Positions 11,585-23,086 of a stretch of 64,000 nucleotides of DNA are shown here, piece after piece. Each line of letters begins with the position of its first letter. The stretch's first letter is position 1. A model generated the notes under the pieces. That model had not been told where the DNA came from, did not search any database, and saw only the letters and a program-made list of their open reading frames with translations. Location of the stretch: positions 17,670,001 through 17,734,000 of the forward strand of contig JBHGNT010000005.1 in the NCBI GenBank assembly GCA_043228905.1, written 5' to 3'. This DNA comes from Azolla caroliniana (lineage: Eukaryota > Plantae > Polypodiophyta). Made by a program: the position numbers and the translations under genes.

Positions 11585-14500
11585 TGTTGGGATTACGGTC
11601 CCTCCGGATGGGATGGTCGGATGTCCGGGAATCGGGAAGGAAGACCCGGTTCCGGATCCGGATGATGAAGACCCCGGCTACGGAGCCGGATGATGAAGAC
11701 CCCGGCTACGGAGCCGGATGATGAATGTACCCGGAGAGAGATCCGGATGCGGGGACATATTTGTGAATATGTTTGCCAAGGGCCCTTGAGGCTATATTTG
11801 TAAATAGCCCGAAAGTCATATGTGTATAAATATGACTTAGGGCAAACTGTTTAGCATTGCTGTAAGTTGTTACTCATTTTTCTGGTTTTTCCACTTAGAG
11901 GGAGCTAAGTGAGCAGCCGAGAGAGAGAGAGAGAGAGAGAGAGACGAAGAGGTCGTTGCCTTTGTGTATTACCGTCGCCTGTGGCGAAGACAGTGAGCTC
12001 AAGGTTGTTGCCTTGTAGCTTCACCATTGTACATCTCTGCGTATAGTGATAGTTGGAGTTTGAGGACTCCCGTGGTTTTTTCCCATTTAGGGTTTTCCAC
12101 GTAAAACATCCTGTGTACTCTTCTCTCTATTGTCTTCGTGCATTTTGTATTTCCTGTTTTCTGTGAGTTGATCCTATTACTCGGTGGTGGCCGAGCACTG
12201 TGTTCGACAAAGTGGTATCAGAGCAACGGTAACACAGAAAATGGAAGGCGGCGGTAGTGGGCCTCCGGGCATGATGGTGTTGAACTCACAGAACTACGCC
12301 GACTGGAAGATAAAGATGGAAGACCTTCTCATCGTCCGAGACCTGTATGAACCGATCGACAATGCCGAGATACCCAAGGGGGTAATAGAGTCGGAGTGGA
12401 AGCTCCTGAACCGGAAAGCCGTAGCGACGATCCGGCAATATGTCGATGTAAGTGTTCTGCAACATGTGGCGAACGATACGAACGCCTATGAGATGTGGCA
12501 GAAGCTGTCCGGACTGTATGAGAGGAAGAATGCTCTGACCCGGACCTCCCTGATGAGGAAGATAGTGAATCTTAAGTACCGGGACGGCGAGAGCTCCGGA
12601 CCTCCCTGATGAGGAAGATAGTGAATCTTAAGTACCGGGACGGCGAGAGCATGGTCGAACACGTCAGCACGTTCATGGGATTCGTGAACCAGCTTGCGGC
12701 GATCAAGTTCCCGTTGGATGACGCAATGCAAGCCATCATGCTGATGTGTACCCTTCCGGAGAGCTGGGAGAACTTGGTAGTTACTCTCAGCACCTCCTGT
12801 AAGGAAGAGAACTTATCTTTACTAACGGTAAAGACAAGTATTCTAAATGAAGAAGCGCGTCGGAGAGACAAAGAACCGGCCTCCGACTCGAAGGCGCTGC
12901 TTACCGAATCGGAACGGGGAAGACAACGGAACCGGAGTCCGCAAAGACGGGAGAAGTCGGGGACACGGTCGCAGTCGAGGGGAAGACCTACATGCTTCTA
13001 CTGTGGGAAGCCGGGGCACTTCCAGAAGAACTGTCGGCATTTCCGGAAAGACAACGGAACCGACGGTACCGATTCGAAGAAGTCACCGGAGCGAAACGGT
13101 GCATACCGGGGAGCCACGGACCGGAGAGGTCCGGATCGGCGAGGGCAGGACCGGAAAGGAACGACGGCACTCGCGGCAAGTGAAGAGGAGATCATGCTCA
13201 TCACCGAAGAAGGTGAACTAAACATTGCCGGAGATGAGACTACCTGGGTGGTCGATTCCGGAGCGTCGTTCCACCTGACCCCGGAAAGAAGATACTTCTC
13301 ATCCTACACAGCCGGTGAGCATGGCTGTGTTCGGATGGGAAATGAAGGTACGTGCCGGATTGCCGGCATAGGAGACGTGTGGCTGATGACATCAACCGGA
13401 TGCAAAATGTTGCTGAAGGATGTCCGACACGTTCCGGAGGTTCGATTGAACCTGATTTTGGCCAGGAGGCTAGACGATGAAGGCTACACCGGTAGCATCC
13501 GGAACGGCGTAATGAAGTTCAGCAAGGGGAGCCTGATAGTGGCACGGGCCCGGAAAGTCAACACACTGTACCTTATGAATGCCCGGTTGTGTCCGGAGGA
13601 GTTGAACGTGGCAGCCGACACTGCCGGTGAGCTGTGGCACAAGAGACTGTGCCACATGAGTGAGAAGGGGATGAAGAGGCTTGCAGAAGACAACCTTATT
13701 CCAGTGAAGCATGTGCACCTGGAGAAGTGCACCGATTGCCTGGCCGGTAAGCAGAACCGAACCTCCTTCCACTCAAGGCCACCGACGAGACGTAGCGCAC
13801 CATTGGAGTTGGTGCACACTGACGTGTGTCAAGTAGAAACGAAGTCACATGGCGGAGCCCAGTACTTCGTGACATTCATTGATGACCACAGCCGGAAGCT
13901 GTGGACGGCACCGTTGAAGACAAAGGACCAAGTGTTGTGCGTCTTCAAAGAACTCCACGCGAGAGTGGAAAGGGAATCCGGCAAGAAGCTGAAAGCGATA
14001 CGAGCAGATAACGGAGGGGAATACCGGGGCAGTTCGAGGAGTACTATCGCTCGAAGGGAATCCGGCTCGAGTTTACTGTGCCGAAGACGCCGGAACTGAA
14101 TGGGCTGGCCGAGAGGATGAACCGGACCATAATGGAGAGGGTCTGGAGTATGCTGGCGCATGCGAAATTACCCAAGGGGTTTTGGGCTGAGGCAATGTCG
14201 ACGGCGACATACGTGATAAACAGATCACCCTCAGTACCTTTGGACGGAGACACGCCGCAGAGAGTGTGGACCGGTAGGGAAGTATCCTACCGGCATCTGA
14301 AGGTGTTCGGGTGTCTCGCATATGTGCATGTGGCAAAGGACCGGAGAGGAAAGCTAGATCCAAAGACCCGGCCATGCATATTCCTCGGTTACGGCGATGA
14401 CGAGTTCGGCTACCGAGTATGGGACCCGGTCGACAAAAGGATATTCCGGAGTCGTGATATCATCTTCATGGAGGACAAGACACTCGCCGACTGGGAGTCG

Positions 14501-16916
14501 GAGAAGAAGATGAAGAGCTCCAAGTCGACCGGTGAGGATCAAATCTACGAGGAGCAGTCCCGACCGGCAAGGGACCGGTTAGCACTCGAGGATCCGGCCG
14601 AAGACGGTGAAGAAACAGAATCAGCCGAGGAAGATGAAACTGATACCGGAACCGGCCCCGATCCCGAAATGGATTCGGATGAAGAGGAAACGGAGGAGCC
14701 GGTTACCGAAGCTCCGGAACGGAGATATCCTCTAAGAGAGAGAAGGGACCCCCGGAGATTTCCGGAACCTGAGCACGTGCTGCTAACCGACGAGGGGGAG
14801 CCGGAGAGTTTTGAAGAAGCAAAGCTCGACACCCATAGCCGCAGGTGGTTAAGTGCCATGCAGGAGGAGATGGATTCCCTGCATGAGAACCACACATATG
14901 AACTTGTGGAGTTGCCGAAAGGAAAGCGGGCACTTCGAAAGAGGGCGTCGACTTCGACGAGATATTTGCCCCGGTAGTGAAGATGACCTCCATCCGGACG
15001 GTGCTGAGCATAGCGGCAAGCATGGACCTCGAGGTAGAACAGATGGACGTGAAGACGGCATTCCTTCATGGTGACCTCGAAGAAGAGATCTACATGCAGC
15101 AACCGGAAGGATTCGAGAAGAAAGGGAAGGAGCACCTGGTATGCCGGTTGAAGAAGAGCCTTTACGGACTGAAGCAGGCTCCCCGGCAATGGTACCGGAA
15201 GTTCAACTCTTTCATGACCGACGAAGGGTACCACAAAACGCAGTCCGATCACTGCGTGTTTGTGAAGAAGTTCGAAGGAGGAGACTTTCTAATACTCCTC
15301 CTGTACGTGGACGACATGTTGATCGTCGGACGGGACCAGGTCAAGATACGGACGCTGAAGAAAGCACTTCACCGAACCTTCTCAATGAAGGACCTGGGTC
15401 CGGCGAGGCAAATACTAGGGATGCACATCATCCGAGACCGGAAGAAGAAGCAGTTGTGGCTGTCACAGGAGAAGTACGTGACAAAGGTGCTTCACCGGTT
15501 CAACATGTCGGAAGCAAGACCGGTCGGGTCAACCCTCCCGGCAAACTGCAAGTTGTCCAGCAAGCAAAGCCCCAAGACAAAGGCTGAGAAGGAGGACATG
15601 ATGAAAGTACTATATGCCTCTGCCGTCGGAAGCTTGATGTACACAATGGTGTGTACAAGACCGGACATAGGACACGCAGTCGGAGTGGTGAGCCGGTATA
15701 TGAGCAATCCCGGCAAAGAGCACTGGAACGCGGTCAAGTGGATACTCCGATACCTGAAGGGCATGGCAAACGTGTGCCTCCGATTCGGCTCCGGTAAGCC
15801 TGAACTCGACGGCTTTACCGATTCGGATAGGTCGGCTGATCCAGATACCAGCCGGTCCACATCAGGGTATGTGATGACGTATGTAGGGGGAGCTGTTTCG
15901 TGGCAGTCGAGGCTGCAGAAGACGGTTGCATTGTCAACCACGGAGGCGGAGTACATGGCGGCTGTTGAAGCCGGCAAGGAAATGATATGGATGAAGGACT
16001 TCATTAGAGAGCTCGGTATCCGGCAGGAGGAGTACCGACTCTACTGCGACAGTCAGAGTGCCATCCACCTTGCGAAGAACGCGGCCTATCACTCCCGGAC
16101 GAAGCACATCCAGCGAAGATATCACGGGATCCGGGAAAGGATAGAAGACCAGGAGTTCGTGCTGACGAAGATCCACACGGACGAGAACGGGTCAGACATG
16201 CTGACCAAAGTGCTCACACCCGACAAGCTGGAAGCGTGCCGGAAGAGGGTCGGACTGGAAAGACATCCCATGCCGAAGTGAAGGGTGAGTTTGTTGGGAT
16301 TACGGTCCCTCCGGATGGGATGGTCGGATGTCCGGGAATCGGGAAGGAAGACCCGGTTCCGGATCCGGATGATGAAGACCCCGGCTACGGAGCCGGATGA
16401 TGAAGACCCCGGCTACGGAGCCGGATGATGAATGTACCCGGAGAGAGATCCGGATGCGGGGACATATTTGTGAATATGTTTGCCAAGGGCCCTTGAGGCT
16501 ATATTTGTAAATAGCCCGAAAGTCATATGTGTATAAATATGACTTAGGGCAAACTGTTTAGCGTTGCTGTAAGTTGTTACTCATTTTTCTGGTTTTTCCA
16601 CTTAGAGGGAGCTAAGTGAGCAGCCGAGAGAGAGAGAGAGAGAGAGAGAGACGAAGAGGTCGTTGCCTCTGTGTATTACCGCCGCCTGTGGCGAAGACAG
16701 TGAGCTCAAGGTTGTTGCCTTGTAGCTTCACCATTGTACATCTCTGCGTATAGTGATAGTTGGAGTTTGAGGACTCCCGTGGTTTTTTCCCATTTAGGGT
16801 TTTCCACGTAAAACATCCTGTGTACTCTTCTCTCTATTGTCTTCGTGCATTTTGTATTTCCTGTTTTCTGTGAGTTGATCCTATTCCTCGGTGGTGGCCG
16901 AGCACTGTGTTCGACA
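11585..16916 (+). mobile_element. Copia 1: young full-length Ty1/Copia
   Basis: 625-bp LTRs at 11585-12209 and 16292-16916, with 4 differences counted by eye. TSD AGAAT. PBS TGGTATCAGAGC (12213). PPT GAAGGGTGAG. Confidence 0.97.
12241..16281 (+). pseudogene. Copia 1 gag-PR-INT-RT-RH polyprotein, disrupted
   Basis: Motifs CFYCGKPGHFQKNC, VDSGAS, HTDVC, YVDD, ADxDTSRS. Lesions: 56-bp duplication at 12540-12650, 1-bp loss near 14027, ~95-bp deletion near 14940. Confidence 0.93.
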
Positions 16917-17631
16917 AGAATCAGTACGCATATTGTTCACGCCAAGCCTTAACATGTCCATTTTAATGTGGTACACACAACATTAATAGAAGCATTTAGT
17001 AAACAACAAAATATTTAAAACCAAATAGATAAAAAGTTGAATTACCTCAATCATCTCCAAGAAGTGTCTTGGGTGAATATGGTACCTACCCCCACTTATA
17101 CGTTGTCTACATACATCTTTTTTATTCAGTGAGACACCTGTGTTTTTTGCTCAAAAGGAACCCACTTCCTCAATAATCTCATGAGACAATGCATCACATC
17201 GTCGTCTACGGCCTAACCTCAAGCACTTAAATTGATTTGATTGTATATTTGTCTGATGCTTCCTCAAGTTCCTTCTTTGGATACCAAGTGCTAAGGAAAC
17301 TTTAGTATCACTATATTATTTTTCGTTGTACCATTTACAACCATGTGAAGGGTTGCTCTCTTTGCAACAAGCTTATCTATGCTCTCTACCCCTTTCACTA
17401 AGTGTAGGGATGACATCTATACACTCTACAATTTCCTCTGAAACACATTGGTCCCTAAACTTAATATTCTCCATGTCTTCATTCAAAAGTTTATGGTGCA
17501 ACACTCTAGAGATAATATCCCTACAATCCTCCAAGCTAAATCTCTCAATTACTTCTGGTAAATAACGGACTATGTGAAGAACCACCTGTCTCTTGCTCCT
17601 CTCAGACATAGATTTGCTAAGGGACACCTCG
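16917..17631 (-). pseudogene. Sola2-like transposase N-terminal exons
   Basis: Reads RRRCDALSHE...VSLNKKDVCRQRI...HPRHFLE with a GT donor near 17045. CVYHIKMDMLRL joins across the Copia 1 TSD to KGIHGDGC. Confidence 0.6.
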
Positions 17632-20600
17632 GTCAGCTGTTTGAAGATTCGCAGTGATATGTTGAAGGTCGACATCACCAGCCTGAATGCACTCTCGAAT
17701 GAAGTGATAGTGCACTTCAATATGCTTCGTGCGTGCGTGGAACACCGGGTTCCGAGCCAGATTAATATTGCTCATGTTGTCATAGTAAAGGGGAATTGGA
17801 TCTTTGATGGGAATGCCCAGATCCTTCAATATCCTCTTAAGCCATACGGCTTCACATGCAGCCACCGTTGCGCCCCTATATTCGGCCTCTGTGCTTGAAA
17901 GAGCTACAATTGGTTGCTTCTTGCTACTCTAGGAGATGGCTCCACTTTTGAGGGAGAAGACGAAACCAGAGGTTGATCATCAGTCGGCTTTGTAGCCTGC
18001 CCAGTCGGCATCTGTGTACCCCTCGAGTTGAATTGGTGTGGCCGACTTATAGAGAATGCCATAGTCCATCGTTCTACTCACGTATCGTAGCACTCTCTTA
18101 GCACAATCCAAATGGATATCTCATGGCGTTTGCATGAATTGGCTAAGAAGGCCGACCGGATAGCTCAGGTCTGGTTGAGTGATCGTGAGGTAGATAAGAC
18201 TACCAATCAGTTGTCGATATTAAGTTGGCTCACACTCTGTGGTGCCAGAATTGGCATCTAGTTTGAGGTTTCGGTCGAGAGGTGTTACCACAGACTTGCA
18301 CTCAGCCATCCCAAACTTGTATAACAAGTTGAGAATGTATTGCCATTGGGAGATCATAATCCCAACTGGAGTCCAAATTACCTCGATGCCAAGGAAGTAG
18401 TGGAGCTCTTTCATGTCCGTCATCTTGAATTTGTTAGAAAGGAGGGATTTGACCTTCTTGATGTCGATTAGATGCTCGCCTCCAATGACCAGATCATCCA
18501 TGTATAGGATGATGACGATTAGACTTTCGGAATCGTTTCTTACATAGAGAGAATTGTCGGATTTTGACATTCGGAAGCCGATTTGATGAAGATATTGTGT
18601 TATCTTTGAGTGCCAAGCACGTGGTGCTTGCTTAAGGCCATACAGGGGCTTCTTGAGTCGGCAGATGGCTTTCGGATGAATGTTGGATTTGAATTCGGGT
18701 GGTTGTATCATGTACACCTCCTCTTCTAATTCACCTTGAAGAAAGGCATTCTTGACATCCATCTGGTGGAGGTGCTACCCTTTCGCCGCTGCAAGTGCGA
18801 TCACGGTTCACACGGTTGTCATCTTTACCACCGGGGCAAAGTTCTCTTCATAGTCGATGCCCTGTGTTTGTGCGTAGCCCTTTGCTATGAGTCGAGCTTT
18901 GTAGCAGTTGACGGAACCGTTGACATTATACTTCACTTTGTATATCCATCTGGAACCGATTGCCTTCTTGTGCAGTGAGTGAGGGATGAGATCCCATGTC
19001 TCATTCTTGTTGAGAGCTTGTATCTCCTCGTTCATCGCTTCGACCCATCGCGGATCTTTAGCGGCTTCGGCAAAGCTCTCCGGTTCTCGAACTACTGCCA
19101 CCTTCATCAAAAAGGCATAGTGGTATGCCATATAGTCGTTGTAGCCGAATCGGCTAACCGGATTCTTCTCTTGGGTGGAGTGACGGAGTTTCTCATTTGT
19201 TGATGTGAGTGCTTTCTCAACTCCGGGTGACCTCATAAGAGACACATCAAAGCCATCGAACTCACTATCGAGTCGATGAGTCGATTCGTTGCCGTCGAAG
19301 TGATCGTCCTCATATTCTGGCATTTTGGCCTTCCCTTTGTCCATCTTTGGACTTGGCCGAGATGAGCTTTGGTTGCTCGGAGGCTCTTGTGGTCTGCTAA
19401 ATTTGGTTGAGATCGGACTCTCTTTGATTATTGACCTTAGTTGATCATCATCTTCTGTGTTGTCGAGGTCGTCCGTAGATGGCTCAGGAGGAGTCGACTC
19501 GGGTTTGTACCATGATGTCGATTCATCAAAGACGACATCCCGACTTACACGAGTCTTCCGAGTAGAGGGGTTGAAGCCCTTGTACCCCTTTTGCTCTAGT
19601 GAGTACCCCACGAGGATGCACTTCTTTGATTTTCAGTCAAGCTTCTACCGCTTCTCATCGGGAATGTGCACGTATGCAATGGAGCCGAATATCCTTACAT
19701 GGGATATATCCGACTTCTTCCCATAGTATTTCTCATGCGGGGTGACCTAGTGCACTCCGGATATTGTGCACCGGTTCATGAGGTAGACGGCAGTATTTGC
19801 AACTTCTACCCAATATCACCTTTGCATATGCTTCTCATTTAGCCTGGCCCTTGCTAATTCGAGGATGTGCCGATTCTTGCGTTCGGCTACACCGTTGTCG
19901 TGTGATTTTTCACACACGATATGAAAACGACGTAAAAAAATAATAAAATAAATATTTTAGATTAGATTAGTGGCTTGTTATAGAAAGATGGATGTACTCA
20001 TAAGCTTCAAAACGCATTTTACTACATATAAAATGGACAACTACATATCAAGTTAGGTGGACATGAAGTTTGAGAAGATAAGGAAAATAGAATTTTGAAA
20101 TATCCCACATAGATAGAAAACTTTAGGAGCCAGCTATATAACCAGATTGACAACCATCATTTTTCATCTATGTGTTAAGAGCACAAAAGAAATAGATGGG
20201 CTTGGGCCACGTTTGTCTAGAAGGACAGATGTGGCTAAGTCGCGGGATGTGGCTAAGTTGCTCGAACCGGCCGGTAAAGGAACTCGAACTAGTAGGTAAT
20301 AGTACCGAAAATCGGGCGGATCCGGCAACTAGATGGAATCGGCAATCGAACCGGAACCTAACCGAACGGAGCTGGTGACCGGCAACCGGCGACCAAATGG
20401 AGCCGGAAATCAGATGGAACCGGCGATCGAACCGGAATCGGATGGTGACAAAATCGGAACCGGAACCGGACTGAACAGACACAAACCGGACGGATCAAAG
20501 ATGGGCTAAACTTTACGGATTATAGGATCATGTGGATGAACTAAAGTAAAGTAAAATAAAGTAAAGGTCATGTGGAAGGAATGTAACTAAAGGTGGAGGC

Positions 20601-21174
20601 CATGCATAAAGTAAAGGTCACGTGGAAGGCATGCAACTAAAAATGTAGGCCATGCAACTAAAAGGGGACGCATGCAAAGGATCATGGGAAGCTATGATCA
20701 ACGGAGAACTCCATAATATTCCAATCCTCTCTCCAATTTTTATTTTCTTTTCCTTCTTAGCTCTCTTATCTTATCAAAGCCATAACACTCAAAAACCCTA
20801 ATTTTCCTTACGGAAGTGATATCTCTCATATAACCTAATTCTAATTTTCCCTACGGAAGCCATAACACCCAAAAACCCTGATTTTCCCTACAGAAGCCAT
20901 ATCTCTCAAAACCCCTAATTTTTCTTTTCTATTAATCTCAGTAAACCTAAAACTTCTGAACCCCAATCTTGGGACATATTGTAATTTCTTTTCCTTTGTT
21001 AATGAAAATGATTAAATTTCTTATTTCCGTTAATTGTTAAAAATATAAAAGAACGAATGTGATATCCTCTAGTCGAAGGCCCCGAGGTCCTGCCTCAAGT
21101 TCACTTATCCTCGTCATATTTTCGCGACAACTTTGGTGAACCCGACATGAAACGAGGCGGTAGGAGGATATCTC

Positions 21175-21726
21175 ATGGAGGCATATAGATACAAAGAGCC
21201 GAAGAGATGTAGTCTATACGAGTTCGGCCAATGGGTATCATCATTAAAGACCCACCAAAGTGGCTTGCATGCTTTCGTTGAGTTCGAGTGTCACTTTACA
21301 CAACTCTCGGAGCAGGATCAAAGATTGGTGGGGGAAGATAATTTAGTCTTAATGTTCGTGAAATCGATTGATCGGAATGAAAGGAAGGCCACCGGAATCC
21401 GACTTGAGGATGACGATGGAGCAAATGGCCTCACCGAGGATTGGATGAAAGTGGAAAGAGAATGTCAACTACACGATAAGAGGAAGATAAGATTCTCATC
21501 GGCAAGAACACAACCCACGACGGGTGGTGAAAGGAGGATAGGAAGCAACTATAAACTACCACCTAAAGAAGAGAGCTTGAAGTGGGAAGGTTCAGTGGTA
21601 CTCGACATAGAGGCCTTCATAAACGAGGCATATGAGAATTTAAAGGTGCAAGTCGAGGCCAAAGAGAATCTTATAATGGAACCAAAACCAATTAAAATGG
21701 TTATTAAGGAAGAAGAGACCTCCTAA
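21175..21726 (+). pseudogene. Gag-like ORF
   Basis: EFE..F..LS..D....LMFVKSID...GLTEDW..V...C...DKR aligns with the gag at 42258-42902. Confidence 0.75.
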
Positions 21727-22224
21727 CAAAGGTGGAGTAATGATACGGCCAATATGAAGGCCCAAGTTCGGTACGACAGCACCACGGGAGAAGGTGTGGA
21801 ACAAGACGCCTTCTCGTCTTGGAAAGAAACAATGATGAAGAATGAAACCAATGAATCGAGGGTGGCGAATGCCACTTCAAGCGAAACCAAATGTTTCGAA
21901 ACACACGTCGTGTCTGAAACATCAATTGATGAAGGTGTAAGCATGAGCAAAGCTTGCATGATCAAGGGAGATAAAAAGTGTGAGGCCGACATGATTGAGG
22001 AGATAGCCATGAAAAACGACGTCGAGTCAGAGTGTGGCTATGGACGAGTCAATGGTGGATGGCCGTGTCGAGACTTTCTCCACACTTGTTCTAGAGACTT
22101 GAGCAGATGCGTCGGAAAGCAAACATAAGACCCAAGAGACGGAAGGTGGCGGCGAGGAAGTGAAGGCCGAAGCTAACACATGCAAAGAAGAAGTTAACGT
22201 CAAGCTGAAGAGGTAGACGACGAT

Positions 22225-23086
22225 TAGCAATGGGCCCGGTTTCTGCTCAAACCAAACCAAACCGAAAAACCATGGCTTAACGGTTTATAGGTTCAAAGAT
22301 AACTAAACAGTTTGGTTTGGTTTCAAATGTTACTAATCGGTTTCGGTTCGGTTTTGAATTGACCGGTTTAGCAGTTTAGCGGCTTAGCGGCTTAGTGGTT
22401 TCTGTTTGTGTGGTTCGGTTTAAAGGTTTAAAGGTTTATAGGTTTATAGGTTAAAAAATACTCATAAATATTTTCTATAACCTATAACTTTCAACTTTTA
22501 ATTTTAAACTCTTGTTTTAACTTATTAAATTTTATATGTATTATATGTAGAGTCTCTTTTTCATTTATGATGATCAATTATGATAAGTATGATGATCAAA
22601 TTTATGATTAGTATGATGATCAAATTTATGATTAGTATGATGATCAAATTTATGATTAGTATGATGACCAAAATTATGATAAGTATGATGACCAAAATTA
22701 TGATAAGTATGATGACAAATTTTATAATAAGTATGATGACAAAATTTATGATGAGTATGATGAATAAATTTATGATGATTTTCTCACACAAATTTATAAT
22801 AAGTATAATGATTAATATCAATAAAAAATGGTTTGGTTTGGTTTGGTTTTTATTTATGATAAACTAGTTTGGTTTGGTTTTAAATTTTTCGTAAACGGTT
22901 TGGTTTCTCCTATGCTTTAAACGGTTTGGTTTAACGGTTCGACTCTAAACGGTTCGGTTTAAATGGCTTCATAAATTTTAAAACAGTTTGGTTTGGTTTT
23001 TTTATTAATAAATGGTTTGGTTTGGTTTGGTTTGGTTTGGTTTGGTTTGGTTTCAAGGCCAAGAAACCGAACCGGGCCCATTGCTA
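22225..23086. mobile_element. Non-autonomous hAT-type MITE
   Basis: 17-bp TIR TAGCAATGGGCCCGGTT, perfect 8-bp TSD ACGACGAT, subterminal AAACC/GGTTT arrays. Confidence 0.92.
22567..22815. repeat. ~24-bp minisatellite (ATGATGATCAAATTTATGATTAGT) inside the MITE
   Basis: About 10 tandem units visible. Confidence 0.9.

Noticed and set aside
22561-22867. Ile-rich and Met-rich ORFs resembling membrane peptides
   Set aside because: They are translations of a 24-bp minisatellite in a MITE.
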